A program made the translations under genes and the position numbers. Shown piece after piece: positions 16,068 through 30,050 of a DNA stretch of 64,000 nucleotides (position 1 is the stretch's first letter; each line of letters begins with the position of its first letter). The notes under the pieces are model-generated. The model was given only the letters and a program-made list of their open reading frames with translations. It was not told the origin of the DNA and made no database searches. The DNA is from the human T2T-CHM13v2.0 reference genome, Homo sapiens: NCBI RefSeq assembly GCF_009914755.1, contig NC_060927.1, one strand, 5' to 3'.

Positions 16068-17638
16068 AGGCAAGTATAAAGCAATGTCTGCTTTATACAC
16101 CATTGAGTCTCCAGTGCATAAACAATAACTACTATATTGAGAGTACTTAATAAATATTTACTGAGTAAATATTGAATTGACTATCACTATCTTTTATTAT
16201 TCTAAGATGTGATCCAAAATGAATGCCTCAGTTTTAAGCCTCCTCAAAATGTGACTCTATTTATCTTTTAACAGCATAGCATACCTATTAAAATGCTTAC
16301 TAGAATGCTAATAAAGTTATTGCAGGCTAAAAGGATAAGGCCTAGGTTTTGAATGCCAAGACGGATTGGAGTGTTAGAGACTCCAGCAGCTATACCACCT
16401 GTCCCATCCAGCATTACCACCATGGGTCGTGACCACATATGATCAGATAGCGAAGGGTAAAAATAGCTTTCCAACAACTTCCAATAAATTCTTTTACCTT
16501 TTTGTACTTTCCCCACATATTTTCTCATAAAATGCTTGTGTAGTGAGAAGCAGTTAATAATTTGATTTTTTTTTTAGTGTTCTCTTACTGTATGCTTGGC
16601 TCAGTTGTAACAATTAGCTTAAGAAATCCAAGAAATTTGTGATACTTTCTACTCAGCTATGAAATATAGGATTATATATTTGTGTCTATTAGTTATCTTC
16701 TAATTGTTTGTCATTTGAAATAGCATCTCAAATTTGGGGTAGTAGAGTTGAAATTTCCAGTCTGCCATTGCACTGGTGGCTCAGCCTTACATCGGCAGCT
16801 TCCATTTTTTAGTTGCTAGATAACTACTATGTCTAGCTACACTGTGACAATGACAAGAAAATTAATAATGTTGACCATTTTGCTCTTAGCCTAATGGTTT
16901 GTTGAATTAATTGGTTGCCAGGAGCAGTAAATACTACTTTGATGTCCTAAGATACCTACATATGTCTATTTGACAGCAATATCTAATAGACTCAGAATCC
17001 AATAATTAAATGGGATCTATTTAAGATCAGCCCAAACTACAGTGACAGCATTATAACTTTAATGTGAAGACACATGATTTAATAAATAATTTGTGTATTG
17101 GGGAATGGTTCAGAATTTGAAATTAGAATGACTCCAGGAAATCTCAGAATCAGACTACTCCAGCTAAAATGTATGGAAGAGTTTTTTTCTCTTCTTCTAA
17201 GAAACCAGTGGCATGATGAATATTTCTGGATTCCAAGGCATCCCCCTGACCAATAAAGGGCAAAGGCAGATAAATAGATTAAGTCACTCTCCAGCCTTCT
17301 TGAGAAATGGGAAGAGGTTGTTGGCATTGGACCACAAGTGGAAGAAAACCAATATGAAGTTTGCGTGACATCAGGAACCATATTTGGGAAAATCAGCAAC
17401 CATGGCTAAGAGTGAAATAGACATAAGGAGAAAAGATACTAGCAAAAAGACATCTTTCACAGGGAGGATCAAAGTGAATGGTATAGTGGAATTCCATGCC
17501 CACGAGCAGGTCAGGGACTGAATGAGGTCTCATGTGGTGAAGCGAGTGTGTTTTACAAGCTTATGCCACCTAGAAGTTTCCAGTGGCTATTTTCAAACTC
17601 CATGCCTAATGTTCAATATATGTATAATGTAATATTTC

Positions 17639-18387
17639 TGTTAGCAAACTGAACTGGGGTCCACTTGCCTGACACAGTAAGGCAAACATCCATACTGAGG
17701 TTTGCAGCAGGAGAAAGATGGATGTTTATTTGCAAGGTATCAAGTAAGGAGAATCAGGCGGCTCAGCTTTAAGACCCAACTTCTCCAATGGCTTACAGAT
17801 AAGGGTTTTTAAAGGCAGGGAGGCAGGGATTACAGGCAAAGTCAGAAATCAATACATGGAGATTATACATTGGTTTGACCTAAAATGGCAGGACATCTTG
17901 AAGCAGGGCACATAGGTCATGGGAGGATTCAAAGATTTTCTGCTTCGTAATTGGTTACGGAGGTGAAGCTTTGTCTAAAAATTAGGGGTCAGCAGAAAGG
18001 AATGTTAGCTCTGGCCCATGGGTATGACTTCCTCCATGAAGAAATTTAGAACAAAAAATGGTCAGAGTTCAGTCCTCAGTTGCCCCTTATCTGAGGTCTG
18101 TGTGCCAGTGGATCCATTTGGTGGGGATCTGGGTTTCTGAAAACAACTCAGCAGTATATGTTGAAATGTTTTCTTTTGTTTCTATAGGGAATCTACCATC
18201 TTGTGAATCTAAACTCCTCAGCTATTGTTTTAAACTATTATTACCTTTTTCTTATTAAGTTGCTCATTTATTTCTCAGGGATCGCTGGGTGCCTGGAATT
18301 TTCCTTGAAGGAACTAAAGATTTTCCTTTCTTCTATGATTGGAGGGCCCAGAGGTCCCTGCGGGGGGGAGGTCCCTGCTCCATCTCA
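17639..18387 (-). mobile_element. ERV1 solo LTR (MER39-like)
   Basis: TG...CA termini. Its right end is the reverse complement of the element starting at 36577 ('aaattccaggcaccca', 'taaatgagcaac'). Confidence 0.72.
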
Positions 18388-19359
18388 TTCTCTGTTATTT
18401 AAATTGTGCTTGTCAAATGTTTTAAATAATTTTTGAAATATTGGAAAAGGAGATTGTGGTACCTGGCAATGTTTAATAAAAATCAGCAGTGTTTTCTTTA
18501 TCCTCTTATTTCCTAGAGTAACATTCAGTTTATCCACTTTTTAATGTAGCACAATTCTGCCCATACCCAGGTCCCTGGGTCATCCCTCTTTCCATGGAGA
18601 AGATCCTGTTGCCTAACCATTGAGTTATATTTCTTCCAACAAGTGACATTTAGGAATATTGAGAGTTATTTTTTGTGTTCATTCTTGGGATAAAGAATAC
18701 CATATATTAGGCTAGTAATATAAATGTTTGGGTTGCCTATTCTAGATACCCTTCATGGAGCCATTGGGTTCATTCCAATGCGATGTGAGTATTGGCTGCT
18801 AATGGCTCCCAGATGTTCCTGTCCACTGAGAAGAATTTCTTTTGGCCAAGGCAACTTCACTCTGGAAATGGCTGAAAGTTACGTCTTCTCCTCAGAAGTA
18901 GCTCATGGCCAATGACTAATATACGATCTAAGTACTGAGTTGTTAAAAGAGGAGAAGGCTGAGAAGGAGGATACAGAAAATAGCAAAATGGCTGTTTCTT
19001 CCCCAGGGGCCATCCTTTATAGCTTAGCCAAATGGCCCACCTTTGATCATTCTTCTCCCCAAAGGAATGAAGTGTAACATTTACATCAATGTCCACCTCC
19101 ACAATGGGTAGAAGGCAAGGCAATGGGCTGAGCAGGAGACATAGAATCTAAAAGCTGAAAAACCCTGGAAAGGGTAAGAAAAGTAATTTCTTGGGGGGAG
19201 GGGGGACAACTGGCAGCAAGAATTATGGAGACTGCATTGGAGCACACAATGCTCCTTGGGAAGTCCAAGGTTAGAGATTCAATACTTAAAAATGCATCTG
19301 GAACCATTGCAGAAGCAGAACTAAAATTAGCTGCAATTGATAATAAGAATTCTTACATA

Positions 19360-19485
19360 AAAATAACAATAGTAAAAATTAACAATAGCTACTGTTGATT
19401 GAGCACCTGCCAAATGTGAGGTTCAGTGCCAGATTATTTACATTTATTCATCATTATCCCTGCAACAAATATGGAAGGCTGGACT
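19360..19485 (-). mobile_element. MIR fragment
   Basis: 'aacaatagctactgttgattgagcacctgcc...tttacatttattcatcattatcc' is an antisense MIR 3' end. Confidence 0.6.
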
Positions 19486-20221
19486 GAGCCAATGCCCATC
19501 TCTTTTCACAAGGCCAGCTTGCCTCCTATTCCATGACAAACACCTGCAGGAAAGAATAGAGTGGAATGGGCAGAACAAAAGAGAAATGGAACCTAGAGTA
19601 TCATTTCCTCCTCCTTAGTGCACATGCCTGGCATGTGCAGCCAATAATTAGTCACTCAATAAATATTTGAAAAGGAAATGAACAACTAGAAGTTTAGATA
19701 ACAAACTTTAATGGTTAATTTTGGATGGTGGGGCCGGGAGCTACATTTTCCTTGGTGTTTTCCCCAAGCTTTCTGCATTAAATTTATACTTATGTAAATT
19801 GTAAAACTCTGAGCATATATAACTATATGCCAACATTGAAATATTTTGAAAATTATGATCACTTTAATTCCTAAATGAAGAGGTTTTGTTTGTTTGTTTC
19901 TTGTATACATAAGGCTTTCCTGTATATCACTTAGGCCTTAACTTTTTTGTACACACAGATTCTGGGTTGCAGAAATGCCTCCTAAAACATCTACTTTTGG
20001 CACCAACTACAGCAGGGTGCCATTGTGAAAACCACTCTGAATCCCAAATTGAGGGCTGCTGCAGCCTTTTCCAGGGGAAGAGGACTGCTGTTTAGGGCAC
20101 CTCGTCTCCTGATCTCCTGATCTTTTGAAAAGGGGCTTCTATTTTTGTTTATGGACATGCAGATGTCTTTAAAAGAGAAAGAGTCCTAAACATCTCTTTT
20201 AAATCACTGACCCATGTTTCT

Positions 20222-20485
20222 TAATAGCCAGCAATGAACAAGGGAATTCCCAGCAAATGTGATGGTAGTCACATCCAAAAATTAGAAAGCTAAGGCATCT
20301 ACTTAGATTAAAATATGCCTGGGTGTCGGCCCTGTTTTCTGTGGTAGTAATATATTTTCTGTCCTCATGACTCAGCCTGTAATAGCCAGTAATGAAGTAA
20401 ATAATTCCCAGCAAATGTGACAGCAGTCAGATTGAAAAATTAGTAAGCTAAGACATCTACTTTGTTTATAATATACCTGAGTGTC
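20222..20485. repeat. Diverged 106-bp direct duplication (20222-20327 and 20380-20485)
   Basis: Both copies read taatagccag.aatgaa...aattcccagcaaatgtga...aaaaattag.aagctaag.catctactt...cctg.gtgtc. Confidence 0.85.
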
Positions 20486-21240
20486 ATGGCTCAGTTTCCT
20501 GGAATCACCCCCAGAAATTCTACCCTTACGTTGGATAAATGAAAATGCTCTGGAATGTCACTTTTTGTTCCCCAGCAAACCACTCTCTGACAAGCAATTG
20601 GTCCTCTGCCAGGTGACCTTGACCCAAAAGCTGAACCATGCTTCCACTGTTCATAGATGAAGAAACTGAGGCTCAGAGAACTTCTGCCAGGGAGCACAGC
20701 TCGTTGAGAGCAAGTCTGAAATAAGTGACCAGGTTTCCTGATTGTCTTCTCCTATTTCTGTGGTAGCCATGGAAGAGGAGTTGGTCCTGGCTCTTCTGGA
20801 AACTTCTGAGTCCAGAAGTCACTCTACACTCTTCTCTCATTGGACCCTCTTCATCCACACACCAACACCTTCCTCCTTGAAGCATTCAACCTGTGGCCCA
20901 CCTTTCCTGGTAGCTGCCCTCCCTCCCCAGTCCTCAGCTGATGTCTCTCCTGCCTGCTCATAGGAGTTGGAGGTACTCCCTCCTGTACCTCCTTTGGTAC
21001 CCCACAGAGCTCCAGGGCCAGCCCAGCCCTTTGGAGACCACTTTTCTCTGATCCTCCATCCTGCAGGTAGTGTCTTTGTTTGAGCCTCCTCCTCTCAGGG
21101 TGAATGCTTTTTTCAGCTGTAGTTTAATGAATCTCAAACCAGGCTCTGGATGAGTTGCTTCAGTCAGGAGCTTAGAAACAACACATCTCCTAACACTTGC
21201 TGCTTGCCATGTTCTCAGCCATTCCCTTTTGACAAGATAA

Positions 21241-21702
<462 letters not shown>

Positions 21703-21732
21703 TGACCTGACCCTGCCACTTTCTGGTCTGTA

Positions 21733-21802
21733 TTAGGTTGAACCACATTATTCATATTTCTTTTTACCTATAGTAACATCAATTTCATTTGGTTTTACCT
21801 AA
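21733..21802. mobile_element. Mariner-derived MITE (MADE2-like)
   Basis: Imperfect terminal inverted repeats ttaggttgaacc / ggttttacctaa flanked by TA on both sides, ~70 bp. Confidence 0.65.
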
Positions 21803-22584
21803 TATAGGGAAGTCCTACATGAATACCAAGACATCAGGCATTGTAGAATTGTAATGTTGAAATTTGAAAGAAAGGTTGATATATTCCAGATAGTATACTT
21901 TTAGTTTTAGAGGGCTTGACTTTTCTAGCCACATACATACCATGTATAGTCATACATCCTCATGTATATATGAGTGTGTGTGTGTAAACATGTTTGTCTT
22001 TATACTTGTTTTATTTTATTTTCACTGACTACCCTTTAAAATGGAAACAACTCTAAAGATGAAGCCAAGGCCCTAGGTCCTGTACTCTCAGCAGACACAG
22101 AGGGCTCTCATTCACAACTGTGCCCTCCATGGGTAGATTCCAGCAAGGACCACAGTCTTCTGTGTCCTGAAGTGGGCCCAGCAACGTCATTCTGCAATAG
22201 GCCTGGTTTCCTGCCAAGGTCGTAGTCAAGCTCCAGAATACAGGAGCCACCACTTCTGTCTGCTTAGGAGGAAGGTGTGGTTCAGTCACCACAGGACGTC
22301 TCAAAAGTGGGGCTGGAGCAATTTGCAATTAGACATTCTCATTTGCATTTTTCTTACTAACAGCTATTTACAGAAGGACTTTAGATATGCGGGTTGATGA
22401 TTCTGGGAACAGGGGCTGCTTCTATCTACAGACCTGCAGGCAGAAGAGATTTCAGCAGAGCTATCATTTTAATACTTAAGGGAAAACACTCAAAAAGCAG
22501 ACATTTCATCTCTGTTTTTTGTGATAGTAATGTATTTCCTGTCCTCATGACTCTTTACTGCAGCAGATATTGGATTTCTCTACA

Positions 22585-22700
22585 TGTTATCTGGGTGATT
22601 TTAGATGAAGCATTCAACCTTTCTAAGTCTCAGTTTTCTCATCTATAAAATTAAATATGTTCCTCATAAGATGGTTGTGCAGACTATGTGAGATAATGTT
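22585..22700 (+). mobile_element. MIR fragment
   Basis: Core 'ttcaacctttctaagtctcagttttctcatctataaaat'. Confidence 0.7.
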
Positions 22701-22892
22701 TACATTCTAGTGGATTGGGCAGGCAGCATACAAATGATTTTACTAGTAAGTGTTTTGTTGTCATTGTGACAAATGATGTAAAGAAAAAATTCCGGGTACT
22801 ATGAGAGTGACTAATGGGGACCTGATTTGTTCTGGGGTACTAGAGGAAGCTCTACATCTTAGAAGAGATGCATTAAAGCATGATCCTGTGAC

Positions 22893-22965
22893 TAGCTTGG
22901 GCAACATTGTAAGACTCTGTCTCTATAAAAAATGAAAACAATTTTTTAAAAAAAGAAAAAAAAAA
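22893..22965 (+). mobile_element. Alu/FLAM 3' fragment
   Basis: 'agcttgggcaacattgtaagactctgtctctataaaaa' followed by an A-rich tail. Confidence 0.65.
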
Positions 22966-23179
22966 GGAAGGATGTCATTATATCCTGTTCAGAAAAAAAC
23001 AAGGGCCTTGAAATCATTGCAAAAGTTTAGAATCTTCCTTTTCCTTTTGGTAAAGGAAGTAGATAAAAACCTATGGTTATTAATAGATGCTTCTTATTCT
23101 CTGTTAGTGTTTCTAAATGCACTTGATGAAACAAAATAAAAGAATTGAGTAAATTAGTGGAAGGCTTCTACTTCTAGTG

Positions 23180-23373
23180 CAGGATTCTTAACAATGGTGC
23201 TATTGACATTTTGGGCCAGATTATGTCTTTGTTCTGAGGGACTTTCCTATGCAACGTAGAATGTTTAGCAGCATCCCTGGCCTCTACCCTCTCCCAATCA
23301 TGACAATAAAAAATATCTCCAGACATTGCCAAATATCCCCTTATGGGCAAAATCCCCCCAGTTGAGAATCCCT
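23180..23373 (-). mobile_element. MER20 hAT-Charlie MITE
   Basis: 'gatgtttagcagcatccctggcctctacc'-like and 'tctccagacattgccaaat' motifs. Ends 'gttgagaatccctg'. Confidence 0.85.
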
Positions 23374-23565
23374 GCTCTAGTAAATTCATCATTGACGCAC
23401 ATAGCTCCTGGGGTACAGAAATCAGTAATAAGTACCCCCTCTGTGTTTGAAGACAGGAGAGAATGTTTAAAAACAAACAAGCAAAAACTAAAACAAAGTC
23501 AGCTGAATTTTGGTCAAAGTCTGGGGTAGGTCATTTGGCATGATAAATTCTACCTGATATCTGAC

Positions 23566-24150
23566 TGTGCTGAGTCATTCTATTGTCAACTTCACTGAGC
23601 TGGAACTAGGTTGCCCAGAATCGCTGTCCCTGAGTGGCTCCAGATAGGGCTGATCAAAAGAGAAATCGGAACAAAATTTTGGAGACAGAAATAGAGCAAC
23701 GGCCATTATTCCCCAAGGGACTTTGGGATCTGATAGAGAGATGGGCAGATGCAGAGGTATGCAGCCAGCTCCGGCTTGTCCTCATTCTCCTTCTCTCCTT
23801 GTCCAGTTCTTCCCAACAGCTGGTCCTGCTGACCAGCTGCAAGCCCAGCTCACCAACTTGACTGTGGAAGCACAGAGGTGGTAGACTCACAGAGGCAACA
23901 ACTTTCTCTCCATGATAGTTCTACTTTAGTAACTGGACATGCTTATCAAGTTTCCCTGCAAGCTCTGACTTGTCTACTGAATAGTGCCTTAGGAGGTCTG
24001 GTTAGGACTTATTCTCTGACCCCATGGCTCTTTTTCTTTACTTCTTTCAGAATTTTATTTTCCCAGCAACCCCTATAATTGGGTAATATGCAATTTTTAT
24101 AATAAATTCCATCCTTTATTCTAACACATTCATTGTCACAGAGTGACTGA
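23566..24150 (+). mobile_element. MLT2-type (ERVL) LTR
   Basis: Starts 'tgtgctgagtcattctattgtcaactt...ttgcccaga' and has 'aataaattcc' near the 3' end. Confidence 0.5.
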
Positions 24151-24575
24151 ACTTTGGTAACATCACTCTGTGTCTTCTTAGCTTCCCCAGAACCAGAATT
24201 TCAGAAGCCACTGCTATCTAAGATAATTTTTTTTTTCATAGCCATCCCAAGGGAAGACACTTGGGACATGAATCATCACTCAGAACTGAGGCTGAGAGGC
24301 AGGGCAAACAGTCAACTTCCTTCCTAATTCAATAGGTGCTAATCCATTTATCTCTACTATAAGGGCATGCCTGCTTCAAGAGCTCAATTTGTTTTGCCTG
24401 CACTAGAGGACTGTGGACAAGAAGAAAATGAACACTTTCTAAGGCTGAAAAAGTAAAGCTTTCCCATGAGTAGCCCCAGGCTTAGGACTTAAGCTACGGT
24501 GGTAAGTTCAGCAGAGCAGGACCCACCAAGCCCCAAGTGAAGGTGGGTAATCACATGGCAACCTTGGGTTTCCCT

Positions 24576-25000
24576 GTGTCTTAGATCAGATTCTCCAGAA
24601 ACAAACCCAGAGAACTTGAATAGAAGCAAGTTTTCCACTTAAGAGATGTTGGAAGACACACTGAGATAGAAGTGGGGAAGTGAGGCAGGACAGGGCAGGC
24701 AGGCAATGAAGCGTTTGTTATTAAGTAAGTGACTGCTGTGGGTAACTGGAGCTCAATCCCACTGGGGCACTCTCAGACTAGTGTAGAAGGCACTGCATTA
24801 TCCCACCTGGGGTCAATCCTTCCTTGGGAAGGAAGGATGCTATATGAATTCTTGCCATATGCTTCTAACCTGCTCCACACACAGGCAGAAGACCTCAGCT
24901 TCCAGAGATGCAGATGCTGGCAGCTGAAGGTTGACTAGCCTGCATTAAAATGGTGAGGCCCTAGGGAATATTTAGAGAGGCACTAACAGCATCTGGTACT
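24576..25000 (-). mobile_element. Old ERVL LTR (LTR16/LTR33-like)
   Basis: 'tgtcttagatcagattctccagaaacaaaccc...' and 'actgctgtgggtaactggagctcaatcccactgggg'. Confidence 0.55.
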
Positions 25001-25478
25001 CTCTGCAACTCCAGGTTTTGTGCATATGGCTCAATGCTCAAACAGAAACCAGATCTTAGAAAAAGAAAAGCCTGGAAAAAATTTAAAAAATCTGTGCCCT
25101 GTGTTTTGTCCCTAGTCTCTCAGAAAGTGGTTGATGAGTCTTTGAATCTTAAATCCCGCAGACTAGAATATTTCCCATTCATATTCTTCTGGGTAATTTA
25201 GAGCAATGTGAGGTATATTGTATTTATTTGCTCAGTTTGTTTATTTCCTATTCTTCCTGGCTTTGCATCGCCTTCATGCTTGATGGTCATTCCTAATTCC
25301 CCTTCTCTTGATCAAACATGTACCATTGGACCAGAGAGGGAAGAGGTTGGAGGTTGTTACCGGAGACTTCACAAGGTGAAATTTGATTGGCTGTGCCCTT
25401 TGGGTATGAATTTTAGCCTATTAGGCAAACTGATACCACAAGTACAAATTTGTATTTGGACATAAGTGAACATCTTAG

Positions 25479-25604
25479 AAAAATGGCCCTCCAGTTGCAG
25501 GTGCATTCTGTTCTTCATCTTTTTCCTGGATCCCTAAAAATGTCCCTCCAGTTGCAGGTGCATTCTGTTCTTCATCTTTTTCCTGGATCCCTAAAGATGT
25601 CCCT
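25479..25604. repeat. Near-perfect 57-bp tandem duplication (2.2 copies)
   Basis: Unit aaaaatg(g/t)ccctccagttgcaggtgcattctgttcttcatctttttcctggatccct starts at 25479 and 25536, with a 12-nt partial third copy at 25593. Confidence 0.95.
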
Positions 25605-25989
25605 ATGCCAGGGAGCAAGGCTGGGCACCAAAGAAAGTTCAAGACCCTAGGTCCTCCTTCATGAAAGTCTTCCCCAGAGCCAGGCTTCAGGACTCAGAGT
25701 TGGAGTACCAAGTCCCCTGAGCCCTGCCCTGGCCCATCTCATCTCCCTAACATGAAAGGCCCTACACAGCAAAAGGCACTGACTGCCAGAGAGGAATGTA
25801 CAATGATATTCTTATCATCTCTCCATTCCTTCTACCAAATAGCCAAGTCACATTGTGGGGAAGGGAATTAGAGGGTCATTTGTCATAGATACCAAGGAAG
25901 ACAAGGGTTGGAGGTAGGGGAAAAGAAAAAGAGGAGAAAAAGTGAGAAAAAAATGGAGGGATGGGTTTGAGTGCTTTTGGCTGCCCAGG

Positions 25990-26160
25990 CCTGTGAATCG
26001 GTTTTATCTTAATTTAGAGAAGACATCCCTGAAGCCTAGAGAAGTTAGGTGACTTCCCTAAGAGGTTAATATTTCCTAAGGTGACTTATCTTGTCAGTGG
26101 CAAAGCTCAAATTCAAATTCAGGTCTTACTTATTCCGAAACCAATACTTTTGTTCTACTT
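25990..26160 (-). mobile_element. MIR fragment
   Basis: 'gaagcctagagaagttaggtgacttccctaag...gtggcaaagctcaaattcaaattcaggtct'. Confidence 0.65.
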
Positions 26161-26356
26161 TGCAACTCAAATTTAATACTCAGCAGGCATCTGGGTGGGG
26201 TGCAGCTTCCTATAGAGGTGAGGAGAACCCAATAAATGCAGCTAAACAAGGGACACTGATCACCTATTCGTCAACATAATTAATGATAAGTAAATAATAA
26301 ATTACACTTGGGAAATTACTATATACACACTATGCATGCCACTTAATCTTCAGAAT

Positions 26357-27110
26357 AACAGTTCTCAATCCTGGTAGCACATTAGAATTACTTGAGGAGC
26401 TTTTAAACATAAGCTTGGCCTGTTATGTTTAACAGTTCTCCAGCTTGCCCCACCCTGGATCAATTATATTAGAGCAGAGTTGGAATACAACAATATCAAG
26501 ATATTTTAAAATCTCCCCAGTTGATTGTAATGAACAGCCAGGATTAAGAACAATTGCTTAGAACAATTTAGCTTGCATAGAATGCCCTGGAGTGTTTCTG
26601 GGCTTGGATTTCTGGGCTTCACTTTCAGAATTTATGATTCTGTAGATCCGGAGTGGGGACCACAATTTTGCATTTCTAACAAGTCCTCAAGGGTATTAGT
26701 CCATTTTCACACTGTTACAAAGAACTACCTGAGACTGGGTAATTTATAAACAAAAAAGGTTTAATTGACTCACAGTTATGTATGGCTAGGGAAGCCCCAG
26801 GAAACTTGCAATCATGACAGAAGGCAAAGGAGAAGCAAGCACCTTCTTCACAAGGTGGCAGAAGAGAGAGAGAGAGAGAGAAAGAGAACTGCCAGTTTTA
26901 AGCCATCAGATCTAGTGAGAACTTCCTCACTATCATGAGAACAACATGAGGGAAACAGCTTGCGTGGTCCAATCCCCTCCCACCAGGTCTCTCCCTTGAT
27001 CCATGGGGATTACAATTCGAGATGAGATTTATGTGGGGACACAGAGCCAAACCATATCACCAAGTAACACTGATGCTGCTTGTCTCAGGGACCTCAGTTT
27101 GTGAACCATT
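26357..27110. mobile_element. MER5-type hAT MITE copies, the second split by a THE1 LTR
   Basis: 'ttctcaatcctggtagcacattagaattac' and 'gattctgtagatccggagtgggg...ttgcatttctaacaagt' resume after 27060 as 'ctgatgctgct...tttgtgaaccattg'. Confidence 0.65.
26692..27059 (-). mobile_element. THE1D-like MaLR solo LTR
   Basis: gtattagtccattttcac ... gacacagagccaaaccatatca. TSD tcaag/ccaag. Confidence 0.88.
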
Positions 27111-28040
27111 GATTTAAAACAACTTTAAGGATGGTGTTATATAGTGATTACCATTTTATATATAAGGCTTTGTGATGACCAAGCCAGAACTTGCACTCAG
27201 GTCTATGATCCATGCTTTTTAAGCCTTGCTCTATTTGCTTCATCTTGTACACAAGTTGATCAGGCCTGACTTTGTTTGCCAAATACTTCACTGAAAAGCA
27301 ACTACAGCAGGTTTCCAGCACTGTGTGAAAGTCTGCCTGGTGGGCTACATTAAGTCAGTTCCAAATTCTTGCCTAGTGGCAAGATGAAAGGTGCACTAGA
27401 GATTACAAAGCTAATTTAGCTTCATTAATCAAGATAACATTAATTGCTCCAATCTTCTTAAAGAAGGTCTGCTGATGCATACTAAAATATTTCATCCAAG
27501 ACAACTCAAAGAACCTTCCTCCAGGGCCTGTGCTCTGAGAGGAAAAGCTCTTCTGGAATGGACTCAGCTGTTTGTATTGCCTGCCTATGTAACTAGGATG
27601 GTCCTTAGAAAGCACAATTCTTGTTCCAGAAGATCCCTGGGGGAGACCTCAGGTGGTGCAATGAAGGGGGCTTTGGCCTATGTGGAATTCAGGGATGGCC
27701 TTTCATGTTGATTTAAGTCTTGTGTAAAAGTCAGAAGTTAAAGCCGAAGGGCATTGTAAATATATATAACTTTTGTCAATTAAAAAATAAATTAAATTTT
27801 TTGAAAAAGAATGAAAGCCAAAGGATACCATAAGCAAATCAATTACAAATTGTTTTCTACAGCATTTTTTTATTGCCATGGAGATGAATTTTGAGAGCTC
27901 AAGCACCCAAGTGATTGTACTTTCAACTTTAATCAAATTTTCATTTGACTTCCTCCAAGATTCTTGGAGGAGGCTGACCTGTTTATGCACTCCTCCTCCC
28001 ATATCCTCTCTTCATGTGGCTCTCTCCTTATAATAGTGGT

Positions 28041-28393
28041 TGTATTAGTTCATTTTCATGCTGCTGATAAAGATATACCTGAGACTGGGAAGAAAAAGGT
28101 TTAATTGGACTTGCAGTTCCACATGGCTGGGGAGGTCTCAGAATCATGGCGAGAGGTGAAAGGAACTTCTTACATGGTGGCGGCAAGAGAAAAATGAGAG
28201 AGAGGCAAAAGCAGAACCCCCCTGATAAACCCATCAGATCTCGTGAGACTTATTCACTATCACTTGAATAGCACAAAAAAGACCAGCCCCATGATTCAAT
28301 TACCTCCCCCTGGGTCCCTCCCGCAACATGGGGGAATTCTGGGAGATACAATTCAAGTTGCGATTTGGGTGAGGACACAGCCAAACCATATCA
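28041..28393 (-). mobile_element. THE1B/C MaLR solo LTR
   Basis: tgtattagttcattttcatgctgc ... cagccaaaccatatca. Perfect 5-bp TSD gtggt. Confidence 0.92.
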
Positions 28394-28547
28394 GTGGTCA
28401 TTTCATTTAGAAGAGGGTTATGGAGCTGGGATATCCTAGGTTAAGATTATTTCCCTGTTCTGCTTTCTCCCTTTCATCTTCTCTGGCTCTATGATCTTTT
28501 TTTCAGGCCCAAACACACCAACAAGCTAAGAGTAAACATAGGAGACT

Positions 28548-29019
28548 GGATTACGTAGATTCTCAAAAAGCAGAGCCCAGGTGGGTTGTCATGCAAGTGA
28601 TTAAGGGAGAGATTAATTTCTGTGAGAGTGAGGAAAGCAGGCAGGACAAGGAAAGAAGCTGGGCAGACATGTGAGTTCAGCTGAAGTCTAACCTCACCTT
28701 AATCCCATGGTGGGGAATCTGAAGCATGAAGTACATCGCAGAGTTGTTCCTTCCTAAGGCAAGGGGGCCAGCCTTTTGTACCCTGTATCAGTTACTGATT
28801 GGCTGTAGGCCATTGACAGGAAGGGCATAATATCCCAAGCATTTCCAGAAGTGGTGTCCTATAGGTCATTGACAGGAAGTGTGTAATATCCCAGGCATTT
28901 TCAGAAGTGGTGTCCAGTAAGCCAAGGTGGCAAGTCTCCGGATAGAGGGGCAACTGTCCAACACTCCCAGTAGCTGGGTGATGCCTGCCAGATAAAGGGG
29001 ACCAACAGCATCTACTACA
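28548..29019 (-). mobile_element. Old ERVL LTR (LTR16-like) with internal ~56-bp duplication at 28810-28915
   Basis: 'aagcagagccc...tgcaagtgatt' start and 'caacagcatctactaca' end. 'cattgacaggaag...atatccca.gcatt..cagaagtggtgtcc' occurs twice. Confidence 0.55.
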
Positions 29020-29258
29020 GGAACTTTGCAGAAGCAAGGAGACTCTTCCCCCATGTAAGTGTAACAAGGGCAACTGGGAGGTAGCTGATGTTTTCCTTCT
29101 GTGGCCTTTCTTCAGGGCTGCTCAGGGCCCTTGGTTGGCTTTTCCTCTTCTCTGTACACATGTCTCTTCTGAAGCCTTTAGGTATGTGAACAACATTTTT
29201 TATTTTAAGTGTCTGCCTCCACATCAAGACCAAAAGCTCCTTAAGAACTGGGACCCTG

Positions 29259-29552
<294 letters not shown>

Positions 29553-30015
29553 GAGCTGACCCACTCATCTCTGCATCCCAAGACCTAGGGCAGCACCGGG
29601 CACATGTAGGAGCCCTCTAGTTTGTTATTTGTAAGACCCAAAGCTTTCCTATGCCCTCCTTTTCCTTAACGTTTTGCAGTCTAGTCCCATCTAGGCCACT
29701 TTCAATAAAAAAGACAACAATCAAGACCTTTACATTATGATTTCTGATGCTTGGTAAGTGTCTTAATGTAATTGCAACTGTGCAGAAATGAAATAAAGAC
29801 ATATAGTTCTCTCCAAATAGATGAAAACACACAGGAAGCTTAGTCATTCTTGAACTCTTTTTGGTCCAAAGAAAGACCCACTTAATGGCTCTTTAAAGCA
29901 AGAGGCAAAAACGTGCACTGAAATAAGAGAGGGACTTGGACCATTATTCAAGGTACTAACTGGCACATTCAGAAATAGCATTTTGCATAGTGGAGTTAAC
30001 AAGCTCCGTAAGGAA

Positions 30016-30050
30016 TAAACTAAATAAATAAATAAACTAAATAAATAAGC
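30016..30050. repeat. (TAAA)n microsatellite
   Basis: taaactaaataaataaataaactaaataaataa. Confidence 0.75.

Noticed and set aside
16268-19307. Short ORFs in non-repeat stretches (e.g. 16268-16528, 17079-17399, 18724-18915)
   Set aside because: No recognisable homology or consistent exon structure, and lengths are expected by chance.
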